This document shows positions 10,401 to 22,000 of a stretch of 64,000 nucleotides of DNA, piece after piece. Positions within the stretch are counted from its first letter, which is position 1; each line of letters starts with the position of its first letter. The DNA is from a virus, in the IMG/VR virus record IMGVR_UViG_3300008108_000011, positions 96,001 to 160,000 of that record. One strand, 5' to 3'. The position numbers and the translations under genes are program-made. Below the pieces are notes generated by a model that was given only the letters and a program-made list of their open reading frames with translations, did no database searches and was not told the origin of the DNA.

Positions 10401-13400
10401 AAAGCTCTACTGATGTAAAATTACCACAATCACAACCAAAACAAGAAAAGTCTTCCATAATACAATTATGGGATCCTGTAAAAAATAAAATTTCAGTAGA
10501 AAATAGTTACAGAACAATTACCCAATCTTCTATAAGATTAGGAGACATCAACTTATTACCAGGAAAAGGTTCTATATTCTCTCCATCATATGATACTGGA
10601 GAAACTTCTTCATATGAATTTAAATTGGTTCCAGAATTTAATGGATATTTTGATAATAATGGAAATTTAGCAGGAAATAAAACATTTACCGCAGTTTTAC
10701 TTGGATCAAATACTCCTTACTCAATAATTAATAAAAATAATGTTTTTATTACTATTGATGGTGTATTACAAGAACCAGGAAAATCATTTGATATAGTAGC
10801 TGGTCAAATAGTATTTTCACAACCACCATTAGGATATAGAAATGGATATACTAGATCGGCAAATATTGTTAGTGTAAATAATGGTTATATTTACGCAGAA
10901 ACTGCAAATGCATTTTCTTTAAATGAACCTATAATATTTTCTGATAATTTCTCTACCGTATCAAAATCACAACTTTATTATGTTGTAGAAGTTAGTGGAT
11001 TAGGATTTAAAATTGCATTGGGAACTACTGGGACTCCTCAAGCAACTCCAATAAATCTAACAAATGTTTCTTCTATTTCTGTAGTAGCAACTAGTCAAAT
11101 TAATCCTGGAGATCCTATTACATCTAATCAATATAGAGAAGGTGTTGATACAGCATCACAAAAATTTGTTGGTAGAATTATTAGATTTAAAGATACTTCT
11201 TTAAATTCCCAATATTTCAAAAAAATTGCAAATATATCATCGCAATTTAATGGACAATCTACAGCATTTGATTTAAGATATGAAGATAATACTCCCGTAT
11301 CATTGTCTTCAAATGAAAATTTGATTGTTTCTATAGATGGTGTAGTTCAAAGATCTGGTGTTTCTCCTTTACTTCCATTAGACAGATCATACTATATTAG
11401 AAGAACAGTTACACCAAATCAAATTGTATTCATAGAACCACCAAGATCAGGACAATCTTTCCATGGAATATCTGTAGGTTCCTATGAAAGACTAAAAGTA
11501 GATTACAGTAGAGTAAATGACATCCGAAGAGGACCTTTCTTATTACGTTCAGCTGTCACAAACAAAACAGTAACTATAGACAATGATAATAATGTTTTAG
11601 TATTTGTAGATGGAGTATTACAAAAGAGAAATAAAACATATATTATTAGAGGAGCTAATATAACATTTGTAGAACCTTTGAAAAAAGGTCAGGTTATTAA
11701 TGTAATCTATCAATATGGCAGAGATTATATTAGATCATTAACTACTTTTAATTACGAAACTACACCTTTTTATAATAGATATGAAATTATATTAGATGGA
11801 GAATATCAAAATATATCAGATGGTGGAAGATTAAAGTCAAATACTGCTAGAGGAATAGTAGTAAAGAGTTATTTTAATGGATTGAATACTGTTTTATTAG
11901 TAGATTCTTATAATCAGCAGTTTATAGTTGATGAAAATATTGCATACAAAAATCCAATAGATTCTTTTTATGATTTTACTATAAATTCTTCTGATATTAT
12001 TTCTATAAGTTCATTCGAAGAAAATGAAGATAGACAAGATATTTTAAGAAAATCTACCATAGGTTGGTTAAATGGCACACAAAAACATCCATCAACTGAT
12101 TTTATAGAAATAGGTGATTCTATTAAAATTGATGGTGAATCTGAATTCAGAACTATTTTAACAACTCCTTATGATGCAATAAAAACAGATTATAGAAATA
12201 CAGATAATCTTTCATACTTTGCAAAAATTGGAACATCAAATTATGATGGAGTTTCTAGAGGAGAAGGATTAGATATTGTAGCAGAAATCGAAAATGGTAA
12301 AGTTGTTTCTCTACTATGGAATAAAATTGAATGGGATGAATACGTCACACAAAGAATTTTACCATCACCACCTGGATATGGTTATGAAACAGCTCCTCAA
12401 TTAGTTTTTGTAGCACAACCACAAAAAGATGAGGGTGGATCAATTGTAGCAGAAGCTCAAGGTGGTGGTGCTAAAGCATATGCAGTTGTAAATAATGGAG
12501 AAATTATTGATATTGTTCTATATGATCAGGGTAGTGGATATATTGCCCCACCAAGAGTATATGTAACTAGAAATTATCAGGTATTAAGAAAAGGAAGAAA
12601 TATTGAGACAAGTTTAGTAGTTCTAGACATGTCTCCAAATGTAATTGATGCTAGAACTCTTTATATAACTTCAGGTGATATTGTAGGAAGACCACAACCT
12701 CCAATTTTAACAATATCTTCATTTATTCTTTTAACGCCACTAGAAGCATCTAGAGATATTACAGCAATTATACAAAAACAAGTAGATGTTGCTGCATCAA
12801 ATCAAAGAATCTTGCAGCATACATCTACGATTGATTTGAGTATTAGTATAGCATCTATTTCAGCAAGAACTGATATATACACTTCTTCTATTGAAACTCC
12901 TTTATCTAATGTTGTTATTGGATCCCAAAATAATGTAAGTTTTTCAAATACACTAACAGAATTACAATCTGGTATTAGAACTTTCTTAAAAGTTAATTAT
13001 TTACTAGCATACAAATCTATTCATGCTACTGGAGCATATCTAGATGCTTCAATGGATCTTGATGATACTATTGCATATGTAACAACTACAGAGAAATTTA
13101 AATCATTTGGCAAATTATTGATAGGGGATGAAATAGTATCATATACTTTAAAACAAAATGATCGTTTCTTATATCTAACTAGAGGATTAGACGGCACTAC
13201 CATAAAAAATCATCCAGCTGGTGAATTTTTGAGACAATATGGAGATGATGTATCTATTATTAGTGCTGGAGTATCATCTGCAGAATCTATCGCTCAAATT
13301 CAAGTAGTGGGCGGTGGAGTATCTCAAGTATCATTTGGCATTGAAGAAATAATTCAAATTGAATTGGATCCTATAGATGTTTTTACTGACATTGAAATTG

Positions 13401-14206
13401 TAGATATAATTCAGTCAACAAAAGTATGCGATTCGGTATTATCCGTAAATATTTCTCAAACTAGTTTTATTGATATTGGTCTAGATATTTCAATAATAGA
13501 ATCTAAAATTACCAAACAAATTACATTAATACAATCAACTGGATTATCAAATATACAAGTAAATACCATTACGCAAATTTCTCCTTCGGTAGAAAGATTC
13601 TATAAAACTGGATTTATTGATTATTACATCGAATCTATCTTATTTACGGATCCTATTATTCAAAGAAATTTGAATGCTGTTGTATTAAATAATCCTAAAA
13701 ATGAGGTTACCAGAAGATCGGGAAGTATTATTGCAGTAAATAATGCAGTGTCTAATGATGAAAATCTCACATCTTATAGTGTAGGTACTGTTGGCAATAA
13801 TCTAGGGATGTTAAATGATTGGTATAGCAATGATAATGGATATACAAATGTATCTGGATTAACATTTAATGAAATAGAAATTAATTATAATCAATTCACA
13901 ATAAAAGATTTTGAAGAACCAAATCTATCTTCTATATCCTCATCAAGATCGGTATGGAATCTGGCATATCCATCAATACAAAATCCAGTTACAATCTCTT
14001 CCACGAATGGAAATATTAACTCTACTGTAACTGCACAAAAAACAACAAATTTTGCTGCTAGTGGATATTTTTATCACAGTGATGGGTCTAATTATGGTAT
14101 TGTTCAATATACAGGAAAAACTTTAACATCATTTACAGGTTGTTCTGTTTATTCTGGATCAACAACTATCACTAATACTTCTCAGATTATACCATATTCT
14201 ATCTAA
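4451..14206 (+). CDS. gp7: Giant baseplate wedge initiator (gp7-like), 3251 aa
   Basis: N-terminal LVDKQLPEFI...F..FLQKYYE; IKKFYAAKGTDQSI; DSYFYQDYSYVIKS...VHPAGFQLFGE typical of gp7; lies between gp6 and gp8. Confidence 0.8.
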   Translation: MASKVRNLSSLVDKQLPEFISSEYPKFSAFLQKYYEHLELTGEPIDLISNLSKYRDIDTYEKNLLKENTSLTQNLSDSATTINVESTVGFPSENGYVLIGDEAIFYKSKTNTSFLNCYRNVTHTTKLGDLYTKSDITTVDYSDIGSGKQHLTGDLVLNISNLVLYALVRNFEQEYLGAFPEKSLKNAVDKSVLIKNIKKFYAAKGTDQSIRFIFNSIVAKEPNDIPTVYYPKDSTYKSSNGQWIDKFALKVRVISGDISKIIGEKIIQEENPFDLNVRSAFSYVDNIIDIGDNFHEVILSRNDIVGEFAVSTETYLTKNLLSTDSTNKRINVYSTLGWKQQSGQLIIGNELITYKQKNVSQFVIDSRGVLPSTYTVNEPVYNYSNVYCDYIDGSGTKQRVKLLVLGILYSLTPSESLPYSKEDDIVQISDSGFETRDTIIFDKFSNDTRWIINETNTIPSSDHANISSQLSEIISDVTAVYEDNQYYYIATSGYPSHKIGKANWGVTFLDQKKLKLIKKVPSATTEIYPTPSNEVGIFVNGTTARSFKDTDENLIVFGEIQKINLTNPGSGYKKPPYVLVQDGAGSLVASAEAILNGEVIDRIEVVESGSGFFPPVPVITITSGRGAVITPVVTGDKITSLKIINPGEYYSSPPQVVIKDSTGKGRFARFEAVVSDDGQIIDFKKLDEGKFYTQSTTTVEIIPSGSGATAISSVRSWRRNLYNKHFNNLDNDNGFYFLNNDISLEYGYSYLANPKSLRIALSDNLDQSGNITNTLSHSPILGYAFDGNPIYGPYAYSDPSDPTTSITRMTSSYSLNNRRPSGPSIVTYPLGSFVEDYQYNHRSGSLDENNGRFCVTPDYPEGTYAYFLTVDSTGQPAFPYILGNNFYSLPVDSNYSKKISQDDIPTNIIRLKTQKTPNDGKGAQSYINTISSGSISSALIEYSPSTFSTGSLIEVNSSGTDGKDLLAQVSSVNGKNVTSIQSQQTKAIKFTTENPAYFFADSIITQRNTNATGRCLGNVFDGKTIVLYNVNGSFNDVDDLYSSTVVYNLLLDKESDYTRGETLSLTNGKQSIIIRTENSSFVVAQNLFEDGEPIIFTNSFSGIIANQIYYITQSTATTFKVSTSIGGTAVVVTSNNSPGAVAISRKATGLILETTTNRNLVKVQLLQGNFAIDSEYFLRSTSLNDTIGSKISQRFILSDEIIPLSLNDKVAIVSTSQNHGVGIGDRVNVSVDPNDNTTETTLYTRARIYQKVKLNTIKFTKYINDTGIGKLFTLNNGSYKNNNGNIVGDYSSGGNATFTQVELIFADITKCRDSEGRIVGDSNLAVIGRPGNPNNARATISVTNGVVTNVVITSKGIGYKRGDFLTVSPSSLNRSQSSTSTRFYFAEVQHVGFAQQETRLFLNDVTSISQNDYLQITDEIVKVTNINTANSYVDVQRSQLNTVAVDHYNTQPVSSYRERYNLPVNYHIGNTNSDAYVLNYDDENQELTLVYEISNTLVSINPLVSGSSFFDNSSPKKLIVVEENIQNPEYKFEFSYDNTTWLTNPKLKLQEYYKYKFDTSHYTLRGSFLEFSPSKNYNIITTESKRNDILPGNAGSFITLKIGYGSDIESNNYSTRVPINYSLYFYFDKNSRISSDDSFLRIIPDPLQGSKTISYVTNTSFVYEMDSYPQYDGSGIMKYTTSAGLAVGSIATVGIINQGLNYKELPTVTGVRPSVENECIAEVVWNSTAKNITSVIISNPGINYVKPKAVLISSTGENAEFNIIKNPDGSIRGITVTNRGNGYLSKPEIKIVESNVKIYFESSNIGVPNSIRILYNGKNYGNDRSIRKKYSSPLILKLKQISAGSFADGERIEQYDGNTLVASGYVASKGYKNNTNILRLERVSGQFKNNLQITGKNNYATAVVSSSFASLFDSDIKSYYDNLGYYASDQGQLSSNNQKITDSYFYQDYSYVIKSKTPIDVWRNLIKQTVHPAGFQLFGEVSVESSTDVKLPQSQPKQEKSSIIQLWDPVKNKISVENSYRTITQSSIRLGDINLLPGKGSIFSPSYDTGETSSYEFKLVPEFNGYFDNNGNLAGNKTFTAVLLGSNTPYSIINKNNVFITIDGVLQEPGKSFDIVAGQIVFSQPPLGYRNGYTRSANIVSVNNGYIYAETANAFSLNEPIIFSDNFSTVSKSQLYYVVEVSGLGFKIALGTTGTPQATPINLTNVSSISVVATSQINPGDPITSNQYREGVDTASQKFVGRIIRFKDTSLNSQYFKKIANISSQFNGQSTAFDLRYEDNTPVSLSSNENLIVSIDGVVQRSGVSPLLPLDRSYYIRRTVTPNQIVFIEPPRSGQSFHGISVGSYERLKVDYSRVNDIRRGPFLLRSAVTNKTVTIDNDNNVLVFVDGVLQKRNKTYIIRGANITFVEPLKKGQVINVIYQYGRDYIRSLTTFNYETTPFYNRYEIILDGEYQNISDGGRLKSNTARGIVVKSYFNGLNTVLLVDSYNQQFIVDENIAYKNPIDSFYDFTINSSDIISISSFEENEDRQDILRKSTIGWLNGTQKHPSTDFIEIGDSIKIDGESEFRTILTTPYDAIKTDYRNTDNLSYFAKIGTSNYDGVSRGEGLDIVAEIENGKVVSLLWNKIEWDEYVTQRILPSPPGYGYETAPQLVFVAQPQKDEGGSIVAEAQGGGAKAYAVVNNGEIIDIVLYDQGSGYIAPPRVYVTRNYQVLRKGRNIETSLVVLDMSPNVIDARTLYITSGDIVGRPQPPILTISSFILLTPLEASRDITAIIQKQVDVAASNQRILQHTSTIDLSISIASISARTDIYTSSIETPLSNVVIGSQNNVSFSNTLTELQSGIRTFLKVNYLLAYKSIHATGAYLDASMDLDDTIAYVTTTEKFKSFGKLLIGDEIVSYTLKQNDRFLYLTRGLDGTTIKNHPAGEFLRQYGDDVSIISAGVSSAESIAQIQVVGGGVSQVSFGIEEIIQIELDPIDVFTDIEIVDIIQSTKVCDSVLSVNISQTSFIDIGLDISIIESKITKQITLIQSTGLSNIQVNTITQISPSVERFYKTGFIDYYIESILFTDPIIQRNLNAVVLNNPKNEVTRRSGSIIAVNNAVSNDENLTSYSVGTVGNNLGMLNDWYSNDNGYTNVSGLTFNEIEINYNQFTIKDFEEPNLSSISSSRSVWNLAYPSIQNPVTISSTNGNINSTVTAQKTTNFAASGYFYHSDGSNYGIVQYTGKTLTSFTGCSVYSGSTTITNTSQIIPYSI

Positions 14207-14210
14207 ACCA

Positions 14211-14224
14211 TATAAATATAAATA
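14211..14224 (+). promoter_or_regulatory. Overlapping tandem late promoters
   Basis: TATAAATA at 14211-14218 and 14217-14224 upstream of gp8. Confidence 0.8.
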
Positions 14225-14248
14225 AAATACCGTTCGGAGAACTATTAA

Positions 14249-16009
14249 ATGGCTGCTATCATTTCTGAAAAGTTCAGAATTTTCAACGCCAAGCAATTTC
14301 TGGAATCTCTTTCAGAAGGCAGTGGCGATACTGATTCAAATCGCTCAAGGATGTATTTCTTTGTTGGTAGACCTCAAGATTGGAAAGCTTATGTTGAAGT
14401 TTATGGCGTAAGTTCAACTGCTTTCTCTGTTGGGGAGGAAGTTTATGTTGGTGCTAACTTAGCTGCTGCTACTTTTAGAGGCACAGTTTCGGAAGTTTAT
14501 CCAAATAGTTTACTACTAACAACGATTGGTCCTACAGTTTCAGCAACTCCTGGTGCTGGATCAACACTAACTGGCAACACCTCTGGTGCAACTGCTAAAG
14601 TTGGCGTTTACAGATATGCTACCGAAGAAATTCCAACTGCTCCTCTTGATAACCAAGAAGAGAAGTTTGAAATGTATGATGATATGATCGCTATGAAGCG
14701 CATCACATCTTCATATGCTAGACACGTCATTAGACGTTATAATTGGGATTTAACTGTAAATCCCAAGTTTGACATGTGGAAACCTGACTATTCTGCATTA
14801 AAACTAACTGCAACTGGAGAATCATCTCTTGGTGCTGGCAAATACTCTGTAATGAACTCTTCATATGAAGTTTTTGTCTGTTTATACAATGGAACAAATC
14901 CATCAAACTTAAACGGTCAAAATGCTACTTATCCACCAGCTACTGCACCTGTATCTGGTCAAGGAACATACTCTAATGGCATTTTCAAAGAACCAAGTGG
15001 AACTGCTGGTTATGTTTGGAAGTATATGTATACTATTCCAACCGATGATGTAATCAAGTTCCTATCGACTGATTTTATGCCAATTGTTTTGGATTCAACT
15101 GTTCAATCTGGTGCTGTCGATGGTGCTATTTCAGTAGCTTTATTAACAGATGCAGGAGCAAATCTACCAACCAGTGCTACTTTATATGCAGCAATTCTTG
15201 GTGATGGATCTGGCGGTAAAGTAAAAATTACAACCAATGGTTCTGGTGCAATTACTGCTGTTGATATAGAAGCAGCTGGAAGCGGTTATACTTATGGAAA
15301 TGTTCTCCTAAAGAATGGTTATCTATTCACCAACTCTACACTTGCAACTGCAGCCACTGTAAGTGCAACAGCTAAAGGTCAAATTGAGGTAATTATTCCA
15401 CCTCAAGGTGGTCATGGTGCTGATCCAGTTCTAGAAATGAACTCGAAGCGTGTTATGTTAAATATCCGTTTAACATATTCAGAAGGTTCGGGAGATTTCC
15501 CTGTTGATAACGATTTCCGTAGAATTGGAATTCTTCAGGATCCTCTACAATATGGGTCAACAAATTATCTGACTGCCGATAATGCAACTGCTCTGTATGC
15601 CGTAAAATTAACTGGTGTTACTGGCAATTTTGTAGTTGACGAAATTATTTCGCAAACAAACAGTGGTTTGGTTTCAAAGGGAACTGTTGTTTCGTGGACT
15701 TTAGATAATGGATCAACCACTGATGGGGTTCTCAAGTATTATCAATCACCATCTCAACATACCGACAATGGTGTTGTAAGAGCGTTTGTATCAACTGCAG
15801 CAAATCCTATTGTAGGTGCTACTAGTGCTAGACAGGGAACTGTTGCTACTACTTATAATAGCACTCTACTTGGTTCCACATTTAATAGTGGGCTATCAAC
15901 TCCAGAGGTTAAGAATAACTCAGGTGAAGCAATTTATGTTGAAAACAGAAGATTAATCACAAGAGCTCCTGACCAAATCGAGGATATTAAGTTAGTTATT
16001 GAATTCTGA
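14249..16009 (+). CDS. gp8: Baseplate wedge protein gp8
   Basis: MAAIISEKFRIFNAKQF; YVWKYMYTI...IKFLSTDFMP; IIPPQGGHG; ENRRLITRAPDQIEDIKLVIEF C-terminus. Confidence 0.9.
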   Translation: MAAIISEKFRIFNAKQFLESLSEGSGDTDSNRSRMYFFVGRPQDWKAYVEVYGVSSTAFSVGEEVYVGANLAAATFRGTVSEVYPNSLLLTTIGPTVSATPGAGSTLTGNTSGATAKVGVYRYATEEIPTAPLDNQEEKFEMYDDMIAMKRITSSYARHVIRRYNWDLTVNPKFDMWKPDYSALKLTATGESSLGAGKYSVMNSSYEVFVCLYNGTNPSNLNGQNATYPPATAPVSGQGTYSNGIFKEPSGTAGYVWKYMYTIPTDDVIKFLSTDFMPIVLDSTVQSGAVDGAISVALLTDAGANLPTSATLYAAILGDGSGGKVKITTNGSGAITAVDIEAAGSGYTYGNVLLKNGYLFTNSTLATAATVSATAKGQIEVIIPPQGGHGADPVLEMNSKRVMLNIRLTYSEGSGDFPVDNDFRRIGILQDPLQYGSTNYLTADNATALYAVKLTGVTGNFVVDEIISQTNSGLVSKGTVVSWTLDNGSTTDGVLKYYQSPSQHTDNGVVRAFVSTAANPIVGATSARQGTVATTYNSTLLGSTFNSGLSTPEVKNNSGEAIYVENRRLITRAPDQIEDIKLVIEF

Positions 16010-16053
16010 TTATATTATATTTTTAAAAGTAAAACACCTATTCCTGAGCTAAA

Positions 16054-19000
16054 ATGCCCCAGAAGATTAATCTCAACGCGCCCCCATATTATGATGATTT
16101 TGATTCTAGTAAGGGATATTATAAAGTTCTATTCAGACCTGGATATTCCATTCAGACTAGGGAACTGACTACTTTGCAGTCAGTTCTACAAAATCAAATT
16201 GAAAATTTAGGCAGAAGTAGATTTAAACAGGGGCAGCAAGTAATTCCTGGAGAAGTATCTTTCAACAACAAATTAAATTATATTAAACTAGCATCGGTTT
16301 CCGAAGTAGCTGTTAATATTAATGGAAATATTGTATTTCAAAAATATGATATTTCTCAACTTGTTGGAGTTACTCTCCAGGGATTGTCTTCTGGAGTTAC
16401 TGCTAGCGTCATTTCTTATGCTTTTGGAAATGATTTAGAATCAGATATTTTATTTGTAAAATATACAAATAGTGGAAACGCAAGTAACGAATCTACTTTT
16501 AGACAAGGTGAAACACTAGAGGCATTAAATATTACCGATACTCCTACTTTAGTGGTTGGAACTGACGGTAGTGTTCTGCCAACGACTATTGATGTACAAA
16601 ATTATGATACTGGAGTAATTACCACTATTGATAGCCCAGCAATGGGTTTTGCTTCTGCGGTAAAAGTTCAGGAAGGCGTATATTTTGTTAATGGATATTT
16701 TGTAAATAATCATGAACAAATTATTGTTGTTGATAAGTATTATGATAAACCATCCGTAAAAGTAGGTTTTAAAATTTCCGAAGATCTTGTTACGCCAGAA
16801 CAAGACATTTCTTTATATGATAACGCAAGAGGATTTTCTAATTTCTCTGCTCCTGGTGCTCACAGATTAAAAATCGACTTATCTTTAGTCGTTAAAGAAT
16901 ATGATGCTTTAGCGGATGAAGATTATGTTTCTTTAGTAACTATTAAAAATGGAGAAGTTCAGCAATTAACCAAAACTGCTGATTACAATGTTTTAGAAGA
17001 AACATTAGCTAGAAGAACTTTTGACGAATCTGGAAATTATGTAGTAGATGAATTTCCATTAGATTTAAGAGAATATTACCAAAAAAACAACAATAGAGGT
17101 GTTTATCCTTTAAATTCAGATACTAGTTTAGTTAATGGAATTTCCCAAAGTGAAGCTAACACACTAATGGTGGCAGGTGTTGGATCTGGTAAGGCATATA
17201 TTAAAGGTTATGAAGTAATCAATAAAGATGTAAAATATTTAAACGTATCCAAAGCAAGAGATACTCTAACAAGAGAAGATACTAGAATAAAAACATTATC
17301 TCCTTCATTTTTCAATGTAAGAAATGTTTATGGATCAGTTCCATTAAATGCAGAGGGTCAAGAATTAACTGCTTATCCAAATATTTACTTGAACTCGGTA
17401 TTTAATGATGGTTCTATAGGTTACAACAATGAAGAACTGACAGCAGAAGCCAAACAGACCTTAAACAGAAGAGGAAAGGTTTTTGGTTTAAATGATGGAA
17501 TTATTACTTTATATTGCCAAAATCCAAGTAATTTTTCTAGCTACACATATCCAACACCCTCTACATTTGGCGTTTCTTTACAAAAATTATGGTACGTCGT
17601 AAATAGAGGAACTACTGCAGCAACAACGACAGTAAGAAGCATTGATCTTCTTTCGTATGCAATTGTATCTAGACCGTCTGATTTAGGTTCATCCACAGAT
17701 ACATTCTTAGAATTAACCGTTGTTGGAAATAAAGAAGATATTTTATACTTCTTGAGAGAATACGATGAAGATGATTCAGATAAGAGAAGAAAATTATTTG
17801 TTTCCGAGAATGATGCTAAAGGATTCTATTTCCAATCAGGATCTCAAACTATATTTCCATATTCACAAATCTTAGATTACAACAATTTAATAACTCCCAT
17901 TGTTGGTGTTTGCAAACCAAAAGATTTTTCTCTTCTAGAAAGAGGATCTGGGTTCAATGTAGATATTGATAAAGTTGTATCTAAGGGTAGGTTAGCAAAC
18001 GGAACTCCTTCATACAATTCAGTATTCAGATTATCATATTTCAATCCTTCATTTTTTACTAGAATTATTTTAGATCAAAATATTAATTCTAGCACATTTG
18101 AACCAGGAAAATATATTGTTGGATCTACTAGTGGTGCTTATGGTGTTGTAGAAGGTTCAAGCACATCAAAATATACTACTGGCAGTGTTTTATTCGTAAA
18201 AACTCTATCAGGAACATTTTTATCTGGGGAAACAATTACTGATGAAGGCGGAAATTCTAGAAGAATTGCTAGAGAAGGAACTATTTCGCACTTTGTTGTT
18301 GTGAAAAGAGGATCTGGATATCCTTTCAACACAACTGTGAGGATTAACGGAGTTGATTATAATAATTCATCTATAACAGTTGGTATACAAGGTAATATAC
18401 CATATAAGATTGATATTGTAAATAGAAATTTAGTTTCTCAAGTATATTCTACTACACCAGTAATCACATTTAATACTGGAAGCACTAATCCTACAGCAGA
18501 AACTTTAGTAAAAGCTGTCTTATATAGAAACACTGTTTATACTTATACACCACAAAATGTAAAATCAATGCATTGCTCTTTTGGAGCTGGCAATGCTTAC
18601 AATTTTACTGCCGATGTTGAATCATTCTCGACCTCATATATTACTAGTAAGTCTTTGACAGACTTCACTTTTTCTGGATCTATAGGATCGAAATATTTAG
18701 AATGTAATGGATTTTCTGGAGATCCATCTAATGAATTAATGCAAGGTGATATTGTTCAATTTACGGATTCAAACAACAATCCTATTAGATCTGTTGTTCA
18801 AAGTGTAGATAAACCAGAAGGATTAACAAAGTCTAGAGTTTATTTGGATAATGTTTTACGTGGAAATGTAGTTAATAGCAATTGCGTAAAAATTAAACCA
18901 AATGTAGAAAATATATCTACCTCTACTCTCGTAATTCCTTTAGGAGCAAAATATATTAGCTCAACAGTCGATTCATCAGAAGATTCTAAAATTAAGTATC

Positions 19001-22000
19001 ATTTTAGAAGAGATTTTGTAACAACTGCTTCCACTAGTGGTGGCAATGTTACTTTTGCCGCACAACTTCCATATGGAACACAAAGATTTGCAGGATTCAC
19101 TCCAGAAAATTTCTTACTTACTGTATTAGATAAAAAATCATCTACTACATTCCAATCTGGAGATTTGATTTATCTTTCATCTGATCAAGTTGTAATTGAA
19201 AATACCACAAGCAGCACAACAGGATTAACTGCTGGCAGTGTTCAAATCACATTAGATCCTGATATTTTTGGAACTACTACAAATTTTCCAATTTTAAAAT
19301 TAACTGCTACACTAGAAGTTTCGAAAGCAAGACCAAGATTAAAAACTGTTTATAGAAATAAGCGTATTCTTATTGTATCACCTGGAGATAGAATAGTTCC
19401 TCTACGAGGAGTTGATTATGATTCTGATTCAACTGATATTTTATCGTATTCGGATGCATTTAAAATCAAATACGTTTATGAGGGAACCACTCAAGTTCCA
19501 CCCGTAGTTTCTGCATCTGGAGATTTAGTAACTGGAACTGATGTTACAGAAAGATTCTCGTTTGATGATGGTCAAAGAGACACTTTCTATGATGTTTCTA
19601 GACTAGTATTAAAGCCTGGATTTGAACCTCCATCAGGTCAGTTAATTGTAGCATTTGATTATTTTGAACATTCCCAAGGAGATTTCTGTACAGTAGACTC
19701 TTATCTACACGAAGCAGGAGTCAATTTAGATGAAATTCCCGACTTTAATTCTATTGTTCATGGTAAATTATCTTTAAGAGATGTATTTGATTTTAGACCA
19801 AAAGTAGATTCGAATGCTATTATTAGTGGTTATCAAGATACTTCAATTCTTTCTGTAGAAGACTACAATAGTTTCTTTGGATCTGGCGGTATTACTTCCA
19901 GCACACCAGCATCAGATCCCAATCTTGCTTACACTATATCATTTAATCTCAAACAGTATCTAGATAGAATTGATGGGGTTTTTGTAAATAAAAAAGGAGA
20001 ATTTTTTGTTAAAGAAGGCAATGCTTCATTAAATCCAACAAAACCAGCAGATGTTGATGATTCACTAGCTTTATATTATCTTTATGTTCCTGCGTATACC
20101 ATTCAGGCAAATGATGTAAAAGTCATCACAGTGGATAACAAACGTTATACGATGAGAGATATTGGTAAGTTAGAACAAAGAATAGAAAGACTTGAAAGAT
20201 ATACTATGTTAAGTGTCCTGGAGCAACAAGCATTGAATATGCAAGTTAGGGATGATATTGGAATTGAAAGATTTAAATGTGGCTTCGTAGTAGATGGTTT
20301 CGAGAACCATAGTGTAGGAAATCTTTCATCTATAGATTATTTGTGTTCTATAGATCCACAGCAATCTGTATTAAGACCTAGATCTATAGAAAATTCACTG
20401 AGACTGAAAGAAGTTAATACTAGAGACGAACAAAGATTTTTAGATGGATATCAAAAATCAGGATCTGTAATAACTTTACCATTTACAGAAGTTAGGGCGG
20501 TTGAAAATCGTTTCGCAACTAGAAAAATTAACATCAATCCATTTGTAGTTGTTCAATATTCTGGAGATGCTTCTCTATATCCGAACGTTGATCAGTGGTT
20601 TGATCAAAAAGAATCGCCAATTATTTTAAATAATGATAGTAAAGTTTTCTCTGTATTTTATGCTAAAAATGATTCTAGAGAAGGTTTCAATAGCATTCAC
20701 AACAATTTTATAATTAACTGGGTAGGAACCGATAGAGTATTCTACAATGTTTCTCCATTGAACGAAATAACTACACTAGAAACTACAGGAACAACTAGAG
20801 ACGCATCGACTGCAAGTTCTTCTAATATAAGCCCACAAAATAATCAATTAGCGCAAGGAATTTCTTCTAAAACAGTAGGAAATGTTTCAGTCTCATCTTC
20901 GCTGCAATCTTTCTGTAGATCTGTTCCAGTTTTCTTTAAATTAACTAGATTAAAACCAAGCACAAGATTTTATGCTTTTATTGATGGTAGATCTATAGAT
21001 CGATGGATAATTCAAGATTTCAAATTCACAGGAATTGCAGGTAATTCATTAGGAACATTTAATAGTGGTATTACTACTGATGCAAATGGAAATGCGAGTG
21101 GAATGATTCTAATTCCTTCTGGGTTGCCACCTCAATCTGGATCATCTTGGTTAGGGGATGTTACTACAGTTCAATATGATACTGAAACAGGATCTCCATT
21201 GTCAATAGTTTCGGGTGTAAAGACTATTAAATTCTCATCTGATATAAATGGCAGTGTTGATAGCACCGTAGAATCTTTTGCTGAAGTTAAATATTATGCT
21301 ACAGGATCTTTCCCTGTTCAACCATCTTCTGTAGTATCTACTTCTCCAGCGATATTAAAATCGCCAGAAGGTATCCAATATATCGAAAATACAAAAGCTC
21401 AAGCAAAACCAAATCCACTATCACAAACGTTTACCGTTGAAGGATATCCTGGTGGAGTATTTGTTACTGGGTTAGATCTTTATTTCAATAAAAAAAGTTC
21501 CACTATACCAGTTAAAGCATATTTAACTAATATAGAAAGTGGAAAACCAGGAAAATATATTGTTCCAGGAAGTGAATCTGTATTAAATCCCGACACATAT
21601 TTAAAAGTATATACTAATGGAACTATTAATATTTCTCGCAATGAAACAGTAACGGGAACTTCTTCAAATGCATCTGGCCCTATTAAAGCAGTTTATGATA
21701 GAAATAATACTTTAGTTCCTGCATCAATTAATGGAGAGTTTACATTAACAAATGATCAAACATATACTTTAGTATTATCAAATCATAACGGAAGATCTTT
21801 TATTCAAAATGAAACTTTGAATTTATCTTCTTTATCCACCTACAATAATGCTCAAAATACAAACTTATCTCTTACGATTGCTAGAGATTCAGGAAGACTT
21901 ACTGGTTTAACAATTACTAATTGTGGAACTGGTTACGAATCTGCTACTCTTACTATTGAAAGCCCTCAATTAATTGGTGGTGTTAATGCCACAGCAACTT

